The notes beneath the pieces are model-generated. The model was not told the DNA's origin and did not search any database. It worked only from the letters and a program-made list of their open reading frames with translations. This document shows positions 19,797-30,812 of a DNA stretch of 64,000 nt, in pieces. How positions within the stretch are numbered: position 1 is the stretch's first letter; the number at the start of each line of letters is the position of its first letter. Origin of the DNA: Candidatus Woesearchaeota archaeon (GTDB lineage: Archaea > Nanobdellota > Nanobdellia > Woesearchaeales > UBA119); NCBI GenBank assembly GCA_030156615.1, contig JASGME010000004.1, positions 2,546-66,545 on the forward strand. The letters run 5' to 3'. Position numbers and translations under genes: made by a program.

Positions 19797-20342
19797 TTAT
19801 TCGAGTTCTATTATCTCGTTTCCTTCAAAGTCAATGTAAAATACTTCATTCGGCTCATTAACACTTTCCTTATAGAAAGAAACCTGCCAAATCCAGGCAT
19901 CATCTAAATCGTTGTATGTCGGAGAGATTTTTAGCATATTATATTCATCGTCATAATTAGATTCTGCAAGTTTTATTATCTTTCTAGATGAATCAAAGAC
20001 TTCTTTTGTAATTTCAGGTCCATATTCTTTTAGTTTTTCCTCAAAAAGATCCGAAGAACTAATCTTCTCAAAGCTCTTATTCTCTGTCATCTCTAAGACA
20101 GTGCTTAACTTAACATAACCAATTGTCCAGCCATCTGATGTTTGTGCTTGGGCAGCACATAAAACATTCTCTTGAACGAGACAATTAATCTCAAATTCTA
20201 TCTCTGATTCAGGCATGAAGTAAGCATCTTCCGAAATATTTGTAACGTTAATATTTTCAGGATTCTCTTCTGTCTGAGTACATGAGCTCAAAATCAACAT
20301 TGAGCTGAATACAAAGAATGCCAAAATGTATAAAGATCTCAT
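19797..20342 (-). CDS. Putative lipoprotein
   Basis: LSSC lipobox; AGGTGA SD overlapping the upstream stop supports ATG 20342. Confidence 0.7.
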   Translation of the reverse strand: MRSLYILAFFVFSSMLILSSCTQTEENPENINVTNISEDAYFMPESEIEFEINCLVQENVLCAAQAQTSDGWTIGYVKLSTVLEMTENKSFEKISSSDLFEEKLKEYGPEITKEVFDSSRKIIKLAESNYDDEYNMLKISPTYNDLDDAWIWQVSFYKESVNEPNEVFYIDFEGNEIIELE

Positions 20343-20351
20343 TTTTTTCAC

Positions 20352-22559
20352 CTATTCAATTGTTAATTTTAAACTATCTTTCTTTCTGCTATTTTTCTCA
20401 GTGACGCTCAATTCAACATGACCACTTTCGCCTTCAAGAGGTTTTGATATCGCAATATGGAAAGGCTCTGAATCTCCCGGCTTCAATTCCATTCTTGATG
20501 GTGCTATATCAACATATTTCCTAAGATCTCCAGAAACCTCCACAGAGTATTCCTCTCTGGACCTTCCACAATTTGTGACCATCAGCTCTACTATTTGGTT
20601 TGTTTTATTAGTGTTTTTAAAGCTAACCTCTTCTTTATCCAAATCAATATTGAAGCAATAGCATTCCTCCAAAGGAAGTACCTTCAAAATAACAGAGGAA
20701 ATTTTAATATCGCCTGTTTCTGTTGATTCAACCTTAAAAGAACAGAATGCCTCTTTATCAACAGCATTAGGTGCCTTTGCTTTATATCTCAATGTTTTTG
20801 TTTCATCTGGCTCAATAATAATCTCTTCTGCTTCTGCATCAACCCAAGGAGGACACAACGGAGTTATCTTCAAACTATCCTCCCTTGTGCCAGTATTTTT
20901 AATACTGAGCTCGATATCTCTTTCCTCTTCTGCACAGAAATCCAACTCTTTTGGAACACTGACTTCTATTCCATAGCAAGGTTCAATCTTTATTGTTTTA
21001 TTAATAACAACGCTTAGAGATGGATTTGATTGAGATGTAACCTTTATCAGAATATTTTCCTCTGATTTATCACAAGATATATTCAAAGGTATTGGAATAG
21101 TAATTTTCTGACCTGCTTCTAATGGGAATGCACCAATTATCGCAAAATCTGGCTTGATCAAACTAACTATATAACTATCTCCTACTTCGCCTTCATTTTC
21201 TAAATCTAGCTCTAATTTCTCTTCAGAACAACCACAGGCAGTTCTTGGTGCATCTAGTTCAGTATCAAATTCATAACATTCTTCTACTTTCAAAGAGACA
21301 TGAGCTTTATCCTCGCATTTATCAGCTGAAGCAGTTATTATAGTTCTATAACTGCCGGGCTCATCCGGAATTCTTAATCTTGCAAAGAATTCTTTTTCCT
21401 CGTTGTGTTCAAGATAAAGATTGCTCTCTTGCGGATAAAGCCAGGAATCTTGCGATTTGATTGTATAATTAGCTGGAGCCCCTCCATTAAATATTGAAAA
21501 TCTTAAATCTATTTGGCTAAGCTCCCCCTTGCATACTTTAATCTCTTCAGGAGGACTAATCAAAGAGGTGTTGCAACAACTCTCAGCATTAATCAAGAAA
21601 CTTTTTTCTTCAGAAACACCATTCTCTGATTCTATTTTTATAATAACTTTTTGAGAAGAGAGTTCTGGAATAATAATCGCACGGATTTCATCTTCTTCAT
21701 TAGGAGACAACTCTATTTTATCTTCTGAGAAAGATAGGAAATCAGAGGAAATGGTAAAGACATCTTCAATTGTTCCAGTATTCTTGATTTTAAACAATAA
21801 TTCATACTCCTTTCCAATGCAGAGAGATTCTGGCATCTCATCTAAAGCCATTTCTACGCCAGGGCAGGCCTTTGAAACAAGATTTGTCTCGGCTTCTTCT
21901 TTATATTGCTCTAATCCTTCAACAGTTAATGAATACTTAATAGTATAGTTCTTAATTTCAGAAGGAGTAAACCTTATCTTAATCTCCTTCTTTTCCTCAG
22001 GTTTCATCTCAAAATTATAGCTCTCAGACTTTTCAGTTCCATCAATTGAAATCTCCAGTTTAACATTATCTAAATATTTGCCATCGTTTTTAACATAAAT
22101 TGAAGATTCAATTTCCTCGTTAACGCATCCGGAAATCTCTTCTTCTACGGATAACGAAAATTTATGACAATTTTTAACATTGATTTCTATCTCTTGTATA
22201 GCTTCTTCTTCTGCATCATTTGCATCCTGAGCAATCAGCTCAAAAGAATAATCACCTTCTGCAGCATATATCTCTGGCGTAATAAACACAAATACCTCAT
22301 TAGATTCCCCAGGAAGCAATTTGAGGCTATTTGGTGCGACAGATATCCATTCTAAGTTATCCCCTTCTACTCTGATTAAATATTCCCTCTGGGAATTCCC
22401 ATCGTTTTTAAGGAAATATGAAGCAGTCAGCATTTCTCCCTGACAAACAGATAAAGCATCTTCGTTTGCCTCGTAAAAAACAGGTTTTGCATATGCCGCT
22501 GGCAAGAATATCAACAATAAAATCAAAATGAAAATTCCTTTATTCATTATTTTTTCCAT
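20352..22559 (-). CDS. Secreted surface protein with about 7 Ig-like (NEW3/CARDB-like) repeats
   Basis: Signal peptide; recurring (I/V/L)xN(D/T/E/G/C)G and L.PGE motifs about every 100 aa; Cys at repeat junctions. Confidence 0.8.
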   Translation of the reverse strand: MEKIMNKGIFILILLLIFLPAAYAKPVFYEANEDALSVCQGEMLTASYFLKNDGNSQREYLIRVEGDNLEWISVAPNSLKLLPGESNEVFVFITPEIYAAEGDYSFELIAQDANDAEEEAIQEIEINVKNCHKFSLSVEEEISGCVNEEIESSIYVKNDGKYLDNVKLEISIDGTEKSESYNFEMKPEEKKEIKIRFTPSEIKNYTIKYSLTVEGLEQYKEEAETNLVSKACPGVEMALDEMPESLCIGKEYELLFKIKNTGTIEDVFTISSDFLSFSEDKIELSPNEEDEIRAIIIPELSSQKVIIKIESENGVSEEKSFLINAESCCNTSLISPPEEIKVCKGELSQIDLRFSIFNGGAPANYTIKSQDSWLYPQESNLYLEHNEEKEFFARLRIPDEPGSYRTIITASADKCEDKAHVSLKVEECYEFDTELDAPRTACGCSEEKLELDLENEGEVGDSYIVSLIKPDFAIIGAFPLEAGQKITIPIPLNISCDKSEENILIKVTSQSNPSLSVVINKTIKIEPCYGIEVSVPKELDFCAEEERDIELSIKNTGTREDSLKITPLCPPWVDAEAEEIIIEPDETKTLRYKAKAPNAVDKEAFCSFKVESTETGDIKISSVILKVLPLEECYCFNIDLDKEEVSFKNTNKTNQIVELMVTNCGRSREEYSVEVSGDLRKYVDIAPSRMELKPGDSEPFHIAISKPLEGESGHVELSVTEKNSRKKDSLKLTIE

Positions 22560-22701
22560 TTTCGCACCATCTTCATGATTTTTTATTCTTATTATTTTTA
22601 TATCTAAACCCCTCTCCAGATATTTTTCACTATGTAGTAACTACTATTTAAATTTTGTTGTAAAAGAATAAAAGTGAATCTAATAATAGAAATGAGATAT
22701 A

Positions 22702-22824
22702 TGCCGACTCGGGGCTTTGAACCCCGGACCTCCAGATACCCCAGAGAGCGCATAAGTCATAGCATTTAAGCTCATCACTCATACTTATGAGTCTGACGCT
22801 CTGACCAGGCTGAGCTAAGTCGGC
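22702..22824 (-). tRNA. tRNA-Met(CAT), elongator type, with a 48-nt intron at 37/38 (22738-22785)
   Basis: GCCGACT/AGTCGGC acceptor stem, GTTCAAA T-loop, BHB motif (CUCA/UGGG helix, two 3-nt bulges). Confidence 0.92.
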
Positions 22825-22948
22825 ATAAAATAGTATATGTGAAAAAGAGCGAAAAGTGATTTTTATAAAGCTTTCGTTAAGAACAAATTAAAAGTTATAT
22901 TGAAAAAACTTAAAAAGAACAAGCTGATTATATCTAAAAGGTGATTTT

Positions 22949-23350
22949 ATGGATGAATTTAAAGAACCTGAGTCTGTTGAAGGATTGTTTTATTATACAT
23001 CAAGAATTATTGGAAATGGCAATGTTCTGTGCTGGGTTGAGAATCTTAAATGCCCAAATTGTGGCACAATAATGGGTAAACCAAGAAAAAATGGAAAACC
23101 TGATAGAAGAGCAAAAGAGTACATCTGCCCAAAATGTGGCTACAAAGAACCAAAAAAAGAATACGAATCAAAGCTTGAAGCAAAGATAATCTATAAATGT
23201 CCTGAATGTGGTTTTGAGGGAAAGATAAAGATTCCATTCAAAAGAAAAAGAATTCAAGGAGTTGAAAGCTTAAGATTCTTTTGTGAGAATTGTAAAGCCC
23301 CAATAGATATAACCAAAAAATTTAAGGATAAAAAGAGTAGAAAAGAATAA
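22949..23350 (+). CDS. Zinc-ribbon protein (four CxxC motifs)
   Basis: CPNC, CPKC, CPEC, CENC; AGGTGA SD. Confidence 0.85.
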   Translation: MDEFKEPESVEGLFYYTSRIIGNGNVLCWVENLKCPNCGTIMGKPRKNGKPDRRAKEYICPKCGYKEPKKEYESKLEAKIIYKCPECGFEGKIKIPFKRKRIQGVESLRFFCENCKAPIDITKKFKDKKSRKE

Positions 23351-23373
23351 GATATCAAATAATTTATGAGATC

Positions 23374-24975
23374 TTAAGCAGTTTCTTCCTTTTCTTTTGG
23401 TTCAGATAAATTAGCATAAATTACATCATCAATCCTAAGAATCATTATTGCAAGTTCGGTAGCAGATGTTATTGCTTCAGATTTCAGTTGAAAAGGTTCA
23501 ATTATCCCTTCTTTAAAGGCATCTATAATTCGTCCATCAGATTCATCTATTCCCATACGAAAGTTTCCGTTTTTATGCTCAACCTTCAGGTTAGATAAAA
23601 CAGTTAAAGGATCAAGTCCAGCATTTTCTGTTAATGTCCTTGGAATTATTTCTAATGCTTGAGAAAAAGCCTCAACAGCCAATCTTTCCTTTCCAACAAG
23701 CCCCTCTGAATAATTTGAAAGTTTAGTAAGAAGAGCCATCTCGCATGCACCAGCCCCACAAACAACTTTCTTTGTTTTAACAAAAGTAATGAGATCCCCA
23801 ATTGCGTCATCAATTGATCTCTTAACTTCATCAATCCCTTCAATCGTTGAACCTCTTGCAATAATTGTGATAACTTTAGATTCTTTTTTCTCTATAAAAA
23901 CATAATTTTCATCATCAATCTTTTCTTCTCTCACAATATCTGCATTACCTAAATCAGAATCAGATATAGAATCAACAGAAGAAACTATCTTTGCATCAGT
24001 CATTTTGGCTAACTTAAGCATATCTGAATGAGTTACCCTGCGCAGAGCCAAAATTCCCTTTCTTGCTAAGTAATGAGACGCAAGATTGTCTATCCCTTTT
24101 TGACAAAATACAACATTGATGCCATGCGAAGCTATTGCTTCAACCATCTGTTCTATCATTTCGTCTTCCATATCTATGAATTGATGCATCTGCTCAGGAG
24201 TTGTTATTTGTACATTAGCCTGTATCTCAGTTTCTCTAACTTGAATAGGTTCGTCTAAAAGAAGTATCTTTGGATTCTTAATCATCTTAGGCATAGAAGG
24301 ATTAATTTTTTCTTTTTCCAACAAAATCCCATCAAGAATTCTGCTATCCTCAATGCTTCCTCCACTTATTGATCTGATTAATATATCTGAAGGATCAATC
24401 AAAGACTCATCAAAAGAACTATCGCTTATTGCTTTAATAGCTCTAACACAAATATCAGCAAGAATCGCCTTTGCTTGTTCTGTTCCTTTACCAGTCATGG
24501 CTGTTTCAGTTATCTTAATAAGTATTTCATCGTTGATTTTTGGCTTTATTGAGATCTCATCTAAGAATTCCTTCGTTTTATTTAAAGCATTTTTATAGCC
24601 TTTTATTATTGTAGAAGGATGTATATTCATATCCAAAAGCCTTTCTGCATTTGAAAGCAATTCTCCAGTGAGTACTGCTGCAGTTGTTGTTCCATCACCA
24701 ACGCTTCTTTCCTGATTCTTTGATAAATCAGCAATCATCCTTGCAACAGGATGCTCAAGTCTTAGATGAGAAAGAATTTCTGCACCATCGTTTGTTACAA
24801 TAACATTATTATTTTGATCAACAATCATCTTATCCATTCCTTTAGGACCTAGTGTTGTTCTAACAGCTTCTGCAACAAGCTTAGCAGCCATTATATTGTT
24901 TCGTTGGGCTTTCCTGCCAATAACCCTGTAATAATCATCAGACAATAAATTTGATTCCTCATTTTCCTTTGTCAT
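23374..24975 (-). CDS. ths: Thermosome (group II chaperonin) subunit
   Basis: [29 protein letters not shown]. Confidence 0.96.
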   Translation of the reverse strand: MTKENEESNLLSDDYYRVIGRKAQRNNIMAAKLVAEAVRTTLGPKGMDKMIVDQNNNVIVTNDGAEILSHLRLEHPVARMIADLSKNQERSVGDGTTTAAVLTGELLSNAERLLDMNIHPSTIIKGYKNALNKTKEFLDEISIKPKINDEILIKITETAMTGKGTEQAKAILADICVRAIKAISDSSFDESLIDPSDILIRSISGGSIEDSRILDGILLEKEKINPSMPKMIKNPKILLLDEPIQVRETEIQANVQITTPEQMHQFIDMEDEMIEQMVEAIASHGINVVFCQKGIDNLASHYLARKGILALRRVTHSDMLKLAKMTDAKIVSSVDSISDSDLGNADIVREEKIDDENYVFIEKKESKVITIIARGSTIEGIDEVKRSIDDAIGDLITFVKTKKVVCGAGACEMALLTKLSNYSEGLVGKERLAVEAFSQALEIIPRTLTENAGLDPLTVLSNLKVEHKNGNFRMGIDESDGRIIDAFKEGIIEPFQLKSEAITSATELAIMILRIDDVIYANLSEPKEKEETA

Positions 24976-25040
24976 TTTATTTAGTGTAATTAAACATAAT
25001 ATTTTAATCTTTCCAAAGTATATGAAAAAAAGTTATAATT

Positions 25041-26177
25041 TTATATAGCAGAGAATAATGAAGAGAATATATTAGATATAAAAAAGAATATTAATCTATA
25101 AGCTATTATTGAGAGAGGGCAATAAATAACTACATATCTTAATGTTCCTCTAAAATTACCTCCTCTAATTACAGAGACAAGCATAGAAGCAGTGAAACTT
25201 GAAACAAGTATTGCTCCAATTATAAAAAATTGTACAAGTTGTGGATCAAAAGAGATGTTAAGTTCTCCAAGATTAAGAGGCATATTAACATTCGGGACAC
25301 TACCTACAGCAGAAAAACTTTCAGTCATGCTTCCAAGAACTCCCAACAAGTTGTATGCTATTGAGAACAGCAATGGAATTATAGCAATGACAATAAGTGA
25401 AATAAAGATTGTATATGCTGTAGATGTTGCACGAATTTCATCCTCTAAAACTTTGTTTTTCTCTAAACTGTCAACTATATTATCAACAATGTGAGCCATC
25501 TCGCTACCACTTTTGTTACTTTCTGCCAGCAATGAGAATGTCCTTAGAAGCTCAGCAGAGTTATATTTCTTTGCGAATTCAAACAAAGCAGAAACCAAAT
25601 CCTCACCAACCATTACTCTCTTAGCCATTAGTCTTATTTCAAAACTCAATTCCTTGTATGAAGGATCAATAGAATTCCACAATGCCCTGTCAAGTGTTAA
25701 TCCTGCTTTTAAATTCTGAGACACTTGCCGCAAGAAATCAGGCAATACCTTCTCCATTGATACTGTTCTTTCATATATTCTATATTCAAAAAAAGAATAG
25801 AATGCTATAAAGACGAGTAATAGAGAAACACCTAAAGCAAGAAATAGATAACCAAAAACATTAAGGAAATTAATATAGACTACTTTGTTTGTAATTATAA
25901 GTCCGACTGTTTCAAATAATGTAAGTTCTCTCCCAATATCTGGCAAAACAATCTCTTCAAGATTTGGAACAACTGAAAAGACAACAAAAAGACTTGAGAA
26001 AAGAAGGGCAAGAACTACGATAATTCCAATAAGACTATAAGGAACCTCTTCAATGCCAGCTTTTAATAAGTAATCGCGAAATCTTGGTCTAATCTTGTTT
26101 GGAATAACAACCCTGCCAAGCTCATGAAAGAATGAAAATCCTTTCTCAGGTTCTTCAATCTGTTGTTTTTTCGTCAT
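25041..26177 (-). CDS. Type IV pilus/T2SS-F platform membrane protein (TadC/ArlJ-like)
   Basis: LPDFL..NLKAGLTLDRAL; multiple TM helices; in locus with pilus ATPase. Confidence 0.88.
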   Translation of the reverse strand: MTKKQQIEEPEKGFSFFHELGRVVIPNKIRPRFRDYLLKAGIEEVPYSLIGIIVVLALLFSSLFVVFSVVPNLEEIVLPDIGRELTLFETVGLIITNKVVYINFLNVFGYLFLALGVSLLLVFIAFYSFFEYRIYERTVSMEKVLPDFLRQVSQNLKAGLTLDRALWNSIDPSYKELSFEIRLMAKRVMVGEDLVSALFEFAKKYNSAELLRTFSLLAESNKSGSEMAHIVDNIVDSLEKNKVLEDEIRATSTAYTIFISLIVIAIIPLLFSIAYNLLGVLGSMTESFSAVGSVPNVNMPLNLGELNISFDPQLVQFFIIGAILVSSFTASMLVSVIRGGNFRGTLRYVVIYCPLSIIAYRLIFFFISNIFSSLFSAI

Positions 26178-26989
26178 AGTGACACCGCTGGTTTGGACGA
26201 TTTTGCGTTAAATACAAAGAGGAATTGAAACAGGAACAAAGCTGAAAGGAGAACTAAGAAAAAAACAATGTTTGTTTCAAGTCCCATTATTGACATGATT
26301 ATTATGCCAAGTACCATAGCAAGTGCAGGAAAGACCCCGCCTAAGACTAAGTAAAACATTGTTATTGCATTTAATTTCTTTTCATAACCCTTCAACTCAT
26401 TGAATTGTTCATCTCTAATAGAATCTAAAACCTGTCTTAATGGCTCTGCAACATCTGCTCCTGTTTTTATTGCAGTAAGAATTTGTGTAAGTATCCTTTT
26501 AAACTTATCTGAAGGAGAGGTATCTCTCGCTTCTTCTAATGCCTTTTCTATTGGTACCCCAGACATTATCGTATTAACAATCTCTTTGAATACTCCAGAA
26601 GAAATTCCATAACTATTTGATGCATCAATAAGAGCTTTAAATAAAGGTTCTCCGGATTCAATTTTAATTAAAAGATACCTTCCAGCGTATAAAATCTCTT
26701 GATCATACTTTTTCTTCATTCTAAGAATCATCGCTTTAGGGTAATTCAGGAATACAAAAAAGAAGAATATATATACAATCGGAAACAAAAACAAAAGATA
26801 AATTGGAGTTTCAATCAAACCAAAAGCCAATCCGATTGCTATTGTAATCATAAAAGAAAAGAAAAAAGTCATAGAATATGTTCTCTTTAAGAATTCATCA
26901 AAGCTACCCTTATACTTAGCTGTTTCAAGATCTCTTTTCAGATTAGACTGATCTACAAATGGTGGGACTTTTGTTTTCTTTTTTCTCAT
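26174..26989 (-). CDS. Type IV pilus/T2SS-F platform membrane protein (TadB-like)
   Basis: ESGEPLFKAL, GVPIEKAL, TPSDKFKRIL. Confidence 0.88.
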   Translation of the reverse strand: MRKKKTKVPPFVDQSNLKRDLETAKYKGSFDEFLKRTYSMTFFFSFMITIAIGLAFGLIETPIYLLFLFPIVYIFFFFVFLNYPKAMILRMKKKYDQEILYAGRYLLIKIESGEPLFKALIDASNSYGISSGVFKEIVNTIMSGVPIEKALEEARDTSPSDKFKRILTQILTAIKTGADVAEPLRQVLDSIRDEQFNELKGYEKKLNAITMFYLVLGGVFPALAMVLGIIIMSIMGLETNIVFFLVLLSALFLFQFLFVFNAKSSKPAVSL

Positions 26990-27102
26990 TGTTAAAATTT
27001 TCCCCTTCTTAAAATAATGTTTTTATTTTTTATCGCTTTTTATGATAATACCTTTATGACTTAATATATACTTTTATGGCTTAATATTTTAGATGGCATT
27101 GT

Positions 27103-28710
27103 TTATTCTTGATTATATTTTCTCATATAATAACGGGCAATAATTGAGCCAATCCTGTCAACATCATTTATGTTTTTTGATACCAGCCAGCGAAGAATCT
27201 CTTTCTTAGCTTCTAAATCATCTTCAATCTCAGAATCTGTTAAACCAGTATAAAGAGCGATAGTGTCATATAATCTTCTTGGCTTCTTAATTATGTTCAT
27301 CTCATGCCTTGCTATATTATACTGCATGATAAGATCAGCATTTCCTTCAGAATCAACCTCAGCAAGCTGCAAAGTCATTCTCTCACCAGTTCTCCTGTTT
27401 CTATACTGAACGCATATAAGAGATATTGCTGAAAGCATATGACGAGGCACCTCTATCGGAGGATTGACAAGCCTTCTTACAGTTTCATCAGCATTGTTTG
27501 CATGTAAAGTTGCATAAACTGAATGGCCTGTATGCATAGCCTCAAACAACACTTCTGCCTCTCTTTTTCTTCTTATCTCTCCAACGACGACCCTATCAGG
27601 TCTCATTCTTAAAGAATTAACAACAAGATCAAGCATAGTAACCTCTCCCTTACCTTCTGGATTTGGCAGTCTTGTTTCCAAAGGAATCCAATGAAGATTC
27701 TTTGGAAGAGTAATTTCTCTGGTATCTTCAATAGAGATTATTCTTTGGTTTGCAGGGAAGAAATTTGAGATTACATTAAGCATAGATGTCTTTCCTGAAC
27801 CTGTTCCGCCAGTGATAAGAATTGATAATTCGTTTTCAACAGCCAACCAGAGGAGAGCTGCTGCATCGTATCCAATTGTATTGCTCTTAAGAAAATCTGT
27901 TATTGTCCATGGCTTAGTCGCAAATTTTCTTATTGTTATTGTATTACCAAAAGAAGAAATTGGCTGAAGGGTAGCATTTACTCTGTCTCCGGTTGAGAGA
28001 TGAGCATCCATCAGAGGGCTAAGAACAGTGATCTCTTTTCCAATCTCTCTGCCAATCATTGTTGCGTAATGTCTTATCTTTTCCTCTGATTCAACAAGTA
28101 TATTTGTTTTGAGCCATTTGTGTTTCCTGTGATAAACCCAGACAGGTTCTTTTGAGCTGTTAATTGCAATCTCTTCCAAATTTGGATCTTTAAGAATAAT
28201 ATCAATCTTGCCTAAGCCTACATTTTCAAGAATTAGATGATTCACCAAAACAGCCATTGTTTTATCATCTATATGTGGAAAATGATTCCTGATTAAATTT
28301 TCAATCTCTTCTGAGAATTGATTTTTTATTTCATCAAAGTCAACAGATTTTGATAGATCAATATCACCGATTCTAATCTTTCTTATGAATTCTTCTTTAA
28401 TCTTATCAAGAACTACCTGAGTAATCTGACTGATATTTGCTATTGAGACATTATATTCTGGAACAAAATCTCCTTTCTTAAATATAATTTTTATATTTAC
28501 TAAAAGCCCATTTACATTCAACTGATATGATGAAAGAACTTTGAAAGTTTTTTCTGTAGATTCAGCTTTCTTTGACTCTTTTACAATCTTCTCGTGAGAT
28601 GGCTGAACTTCGGGGACCTTTTCAGCTTCAGGCACACTTTTTAATTTATTCGTTGAGGGAAAATCAATTTTATCTTGAGTATTATTCTTTTTTTTAAAAG
28701 GATTATTCAT
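27103..28710 (-). CDS. Type IV pilus assembly ATPase (CpaF/VirB11/ArlI family)
   Basis: GGTGSGKTS, IEDTRE, LRMRPDRVVVGEIR, HTGH..TLHA. Confidence 0.95.
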   Translation of the reverse strand: MNNPFKKKNNTQDKIDFPSTNKLKSVPEAEKVPEVQPSHEKIVKESKKAESTEKTFKVLSSYQLNVNGLLVNIKIIFKKGDFVPEYNVSIANISQITQVVLDKIKEEFIRKIRIGDIDLSKSVDFDEIKNQFSEEIENLIRNHFPHIDDKTMAVLVNHLILENVGLGKIDIILKDPNLEEIAINSSKEPVWVYHRKHKWLKTNILVESEEKIRHYATMIGREIGKEITVLSPLMDAHLSTGDRVNATLQPISSFGNTITIRKFATKPWTITDFLKSNTIGYDAAALLWLAVENELSILITGGTGSGKTSMLNVISNFFPANQRIISIEDTREITLPKNLHWIPLETRLPNPEGKGEVTMLDLVVNSLRMRPDRVVVGEIRRKREAEVLFEAMHTGHSVYATLHANNADETVRRLVNPPIEVPRHMLSAISLICVQYRNRRTGERMTLQLAEVDSEGNADLIMQYNIARHEMNIIKKPRRLYDTIALYTGLTDSEIEDDLEAKKEILRWLVSKNINDVDRIGSIIARYYMRKYNQE

Positions 28711-28738
28711 CTCTTTTCCCTCCTTTTTTCTTAGTTTT

Positions 28739-30592
28739 TTATTCTTTTTTATTCACTTGATTGTTTTCTACATTCTTTAAACTCTCATTTGGAAATAAAT
28801 TAAGCGACGATAGTATGCTTTTGTTAACCTCTTCATATTCTTCTCTAAGTTTATCATAAAGATTCAATATTTGAAGTCTTAACATAGTCTTCTTCTCTAA
28901 AAAGCCACCCGGCAATTGATCATATAACCTTAAAATCTCTTCATAAATCTCCTGAGCTTTTTTCAATTCTTTTTTATTTATATTTTCATTAGCTTGTTCA
29001 ATTAGATCCTTTATCTTATTAAACGATGAAGAGAAGTTCTTTATCTTATCCTGAAGAATTAATTCATTTATCTTTGAATAATCTTCTAGTAATCTTTCTT
29101 GCACAGGAATCTTATCCTTTAAAAATCCCTCTGGAAGCTTCTTAAACAATGAGACCGCTTCTAAATAGCTCTTGATTGCTAATGCAGTATTCTTAGAATT
29201 TATGGCTTTTTCAATAATATTTATCTGAGAATTGAGATTTGACATCCCTTCAGCAAAGGTTTCTCTATGAATCTGCTCTGAGATTGTGTCAATCTTATGC
29301 GAGATTTGAATAAATTCACCACGAATCCTTTTCTTTTCTATGTAGAAATCATTAGATATTGTATCAATTAATTTATTTGCAAGATCTAATAGGTTCTTGG
29401 CCTCTTTAATCTCCTTTTTGGCTAATAGAGAATCTATCTTCTTCTTTATGGCATTTAATTTATCTTCAGTCATAGAAAATTTTTTAGTTTCAATATCCCT
29501 CTTTGTTTGTAGCAACCTTGCCTTTGTCCGAAGCATCTTTGATTGTAACTCGCTCTTCCTCTTTAAGAAGCCTGAAGGAAGTTCATTGAATAACTTAGTT
29601 GCTTTTCTTAAAGAATCCTCTGCAAAGCTTATTTTCCCTCTCCCGGCATAGCTTTTTGCTTCTGAAATAAGAATCATAATCTGTTTTTCTTTTGAATTGA
29701 ACTCTTCCTCAGACTTTTTCATAAGATTCTGGGCAAGCTGCCTATCAAAATCAACGATATCATCAACTACTTCAACATTCTTTTTATAGTATATCGCAGG
29801 GATCTGAGCTCTCAATTCTGAAATTCTCTTATACATCTGCCTTGCCTTATCAAGATCTCCTTTCCTTGCAAGTTCTTTAGATTGCTCAATTAGATATTTT
29901 ATTTCCGAAAAAATCTCGGAGCCAGTACCTTCAGAAGGAAGATTCTTTTCCACATCTGTCAATCTTTTTTGCTCTTCGATATCAATTAAACTTAAAATTT
30001 GAGTTTGCATCTCTTTAAGGTTTTTCAATGTAGTATTTTTTGCAACCTTTGCTTTCATTGCAGAGATCTTTCCTGTAGCAAAATTCTCTAATACCTTTCT
30101 AATAATCTGATAGGCAGAAAGAATTTTTTTCTTTGCATCAGAATCTGCATAAACTGAATCTATGTATGATGAAATCTCTTCCAATTGCGACAGAATCTCT
30201 GAAGCAGTTGCCGAATCCAATGACTTGCTGTTTTTTATTATCCCTTCAATATCCTTTAACATTGCTATAATGTCAATTCCCCTTTCGCTTGTGCTTTTTT
30301 CTTTCTCCGAGCTAATCAATCCTTTGTTGATTCTTTTGCTTGATTCTTCAGTTTTAGATTGAACAGGCTGACTTTCAGATGAAGATTTGCCAACATATCT
30401 GAGAAGAGGAGAAGAGAGGCCATAATTGATAGTAATAAGATTATCTTCTTCTAAAAAAAGAGCCCACTGCTCTACTACTTTTGGATTTGTTTTGAGAATT
30501 TTAGCTGCTTCGTCAATGGAAATTTCCCCTCTTTCTTTGACTAAATCAAATAGTTCATCTACTAAAGTAGTCACTTCTCCCTGATTTGCCAT
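28739..30592 (-). CDS. N-terminal winged-helix plus helical-repeat protein heading the pilus locus
   Basis: VDELFDLVKERGEISIDEAAKIL...VEQWALFLEE; recurring LP.GFL..K repeats; likely start ATG 30592. Confidence 0.7.
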   Translation of the reverse strand: MANQGEVTTLVDELFDLVKERGEISIDEAAKILKTNPKVVEQWALFLEEDNLITINYGLSSPLLRYVGKSSSESQPVQSKTEESSKRINKGLISSEKEKSTSERGIDIIAMLKDIEGIIKNSKSLDSATASEILSQLEEISSYIDSVYADSDAKKKILSAYQIIRKVLENFATGKISAMKAKVAKNTTLKNLKEMQTQILSLIDIEEQKRLTDVEKNLPSEGTGSEIFSEIKYLIEQSKELARKGDLDKARQMYKRISELRAQIPAIYYKKNVEVVDDIVDFDRQLAQNLMKKSEEEFNSKEKQIMILISEAKSYAGRGKISFAEDSLRKATKLFNELPSGFLKRKSELQSKMLRTKARLLQTKRDIETKKFSMTEDKLNAIKKKIDSLLAKKEIKEAKNLLDLANKLIDTISNDFYIEKKRIRGEFIQISHKIDTISEQIHRETFAEGMSNLNSQINIIEKAINSKNTALAIKSYLEAVSLFKKLPEGFLKDKIPVQERLLEDYSKINELILQDKIKNFSSSFNKIKDLIEQANENINKKELKKAQEIYEEILRLYDQLPGGFLEKKTMLRLQILNLYDKLREEYEEVNKSILSSLNLFPNESLKNVENNQVNKKE

Positions 30593-30812
30593 GTTAATTA
30601 ACACCAGCTTTTTATTAATTTTGAATGAATTGCTTAAGTTTATCTTACCAAATGATTGTTTAAAAAATGTTTTAATCACGCTTCAATAACAACAACTATA
30701 AAATAGAAGGAAATTTTATGAGCAAGGCATTATAAAAAACGGATTTTATTTTAAACCAATGTAAAAAAGTTAACTTTATAAAACATCGGATAAGTAATTT
30801 AATGGAATCATA

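Noticed and set aside
19797..22559. Amber read-through fusing two in-frame adjacent ORFs
   Set aside because: The GTG after the TAG is part of an AGGTGA SD for ATG 20342, and the downstream protein has its own lipoprotein signal
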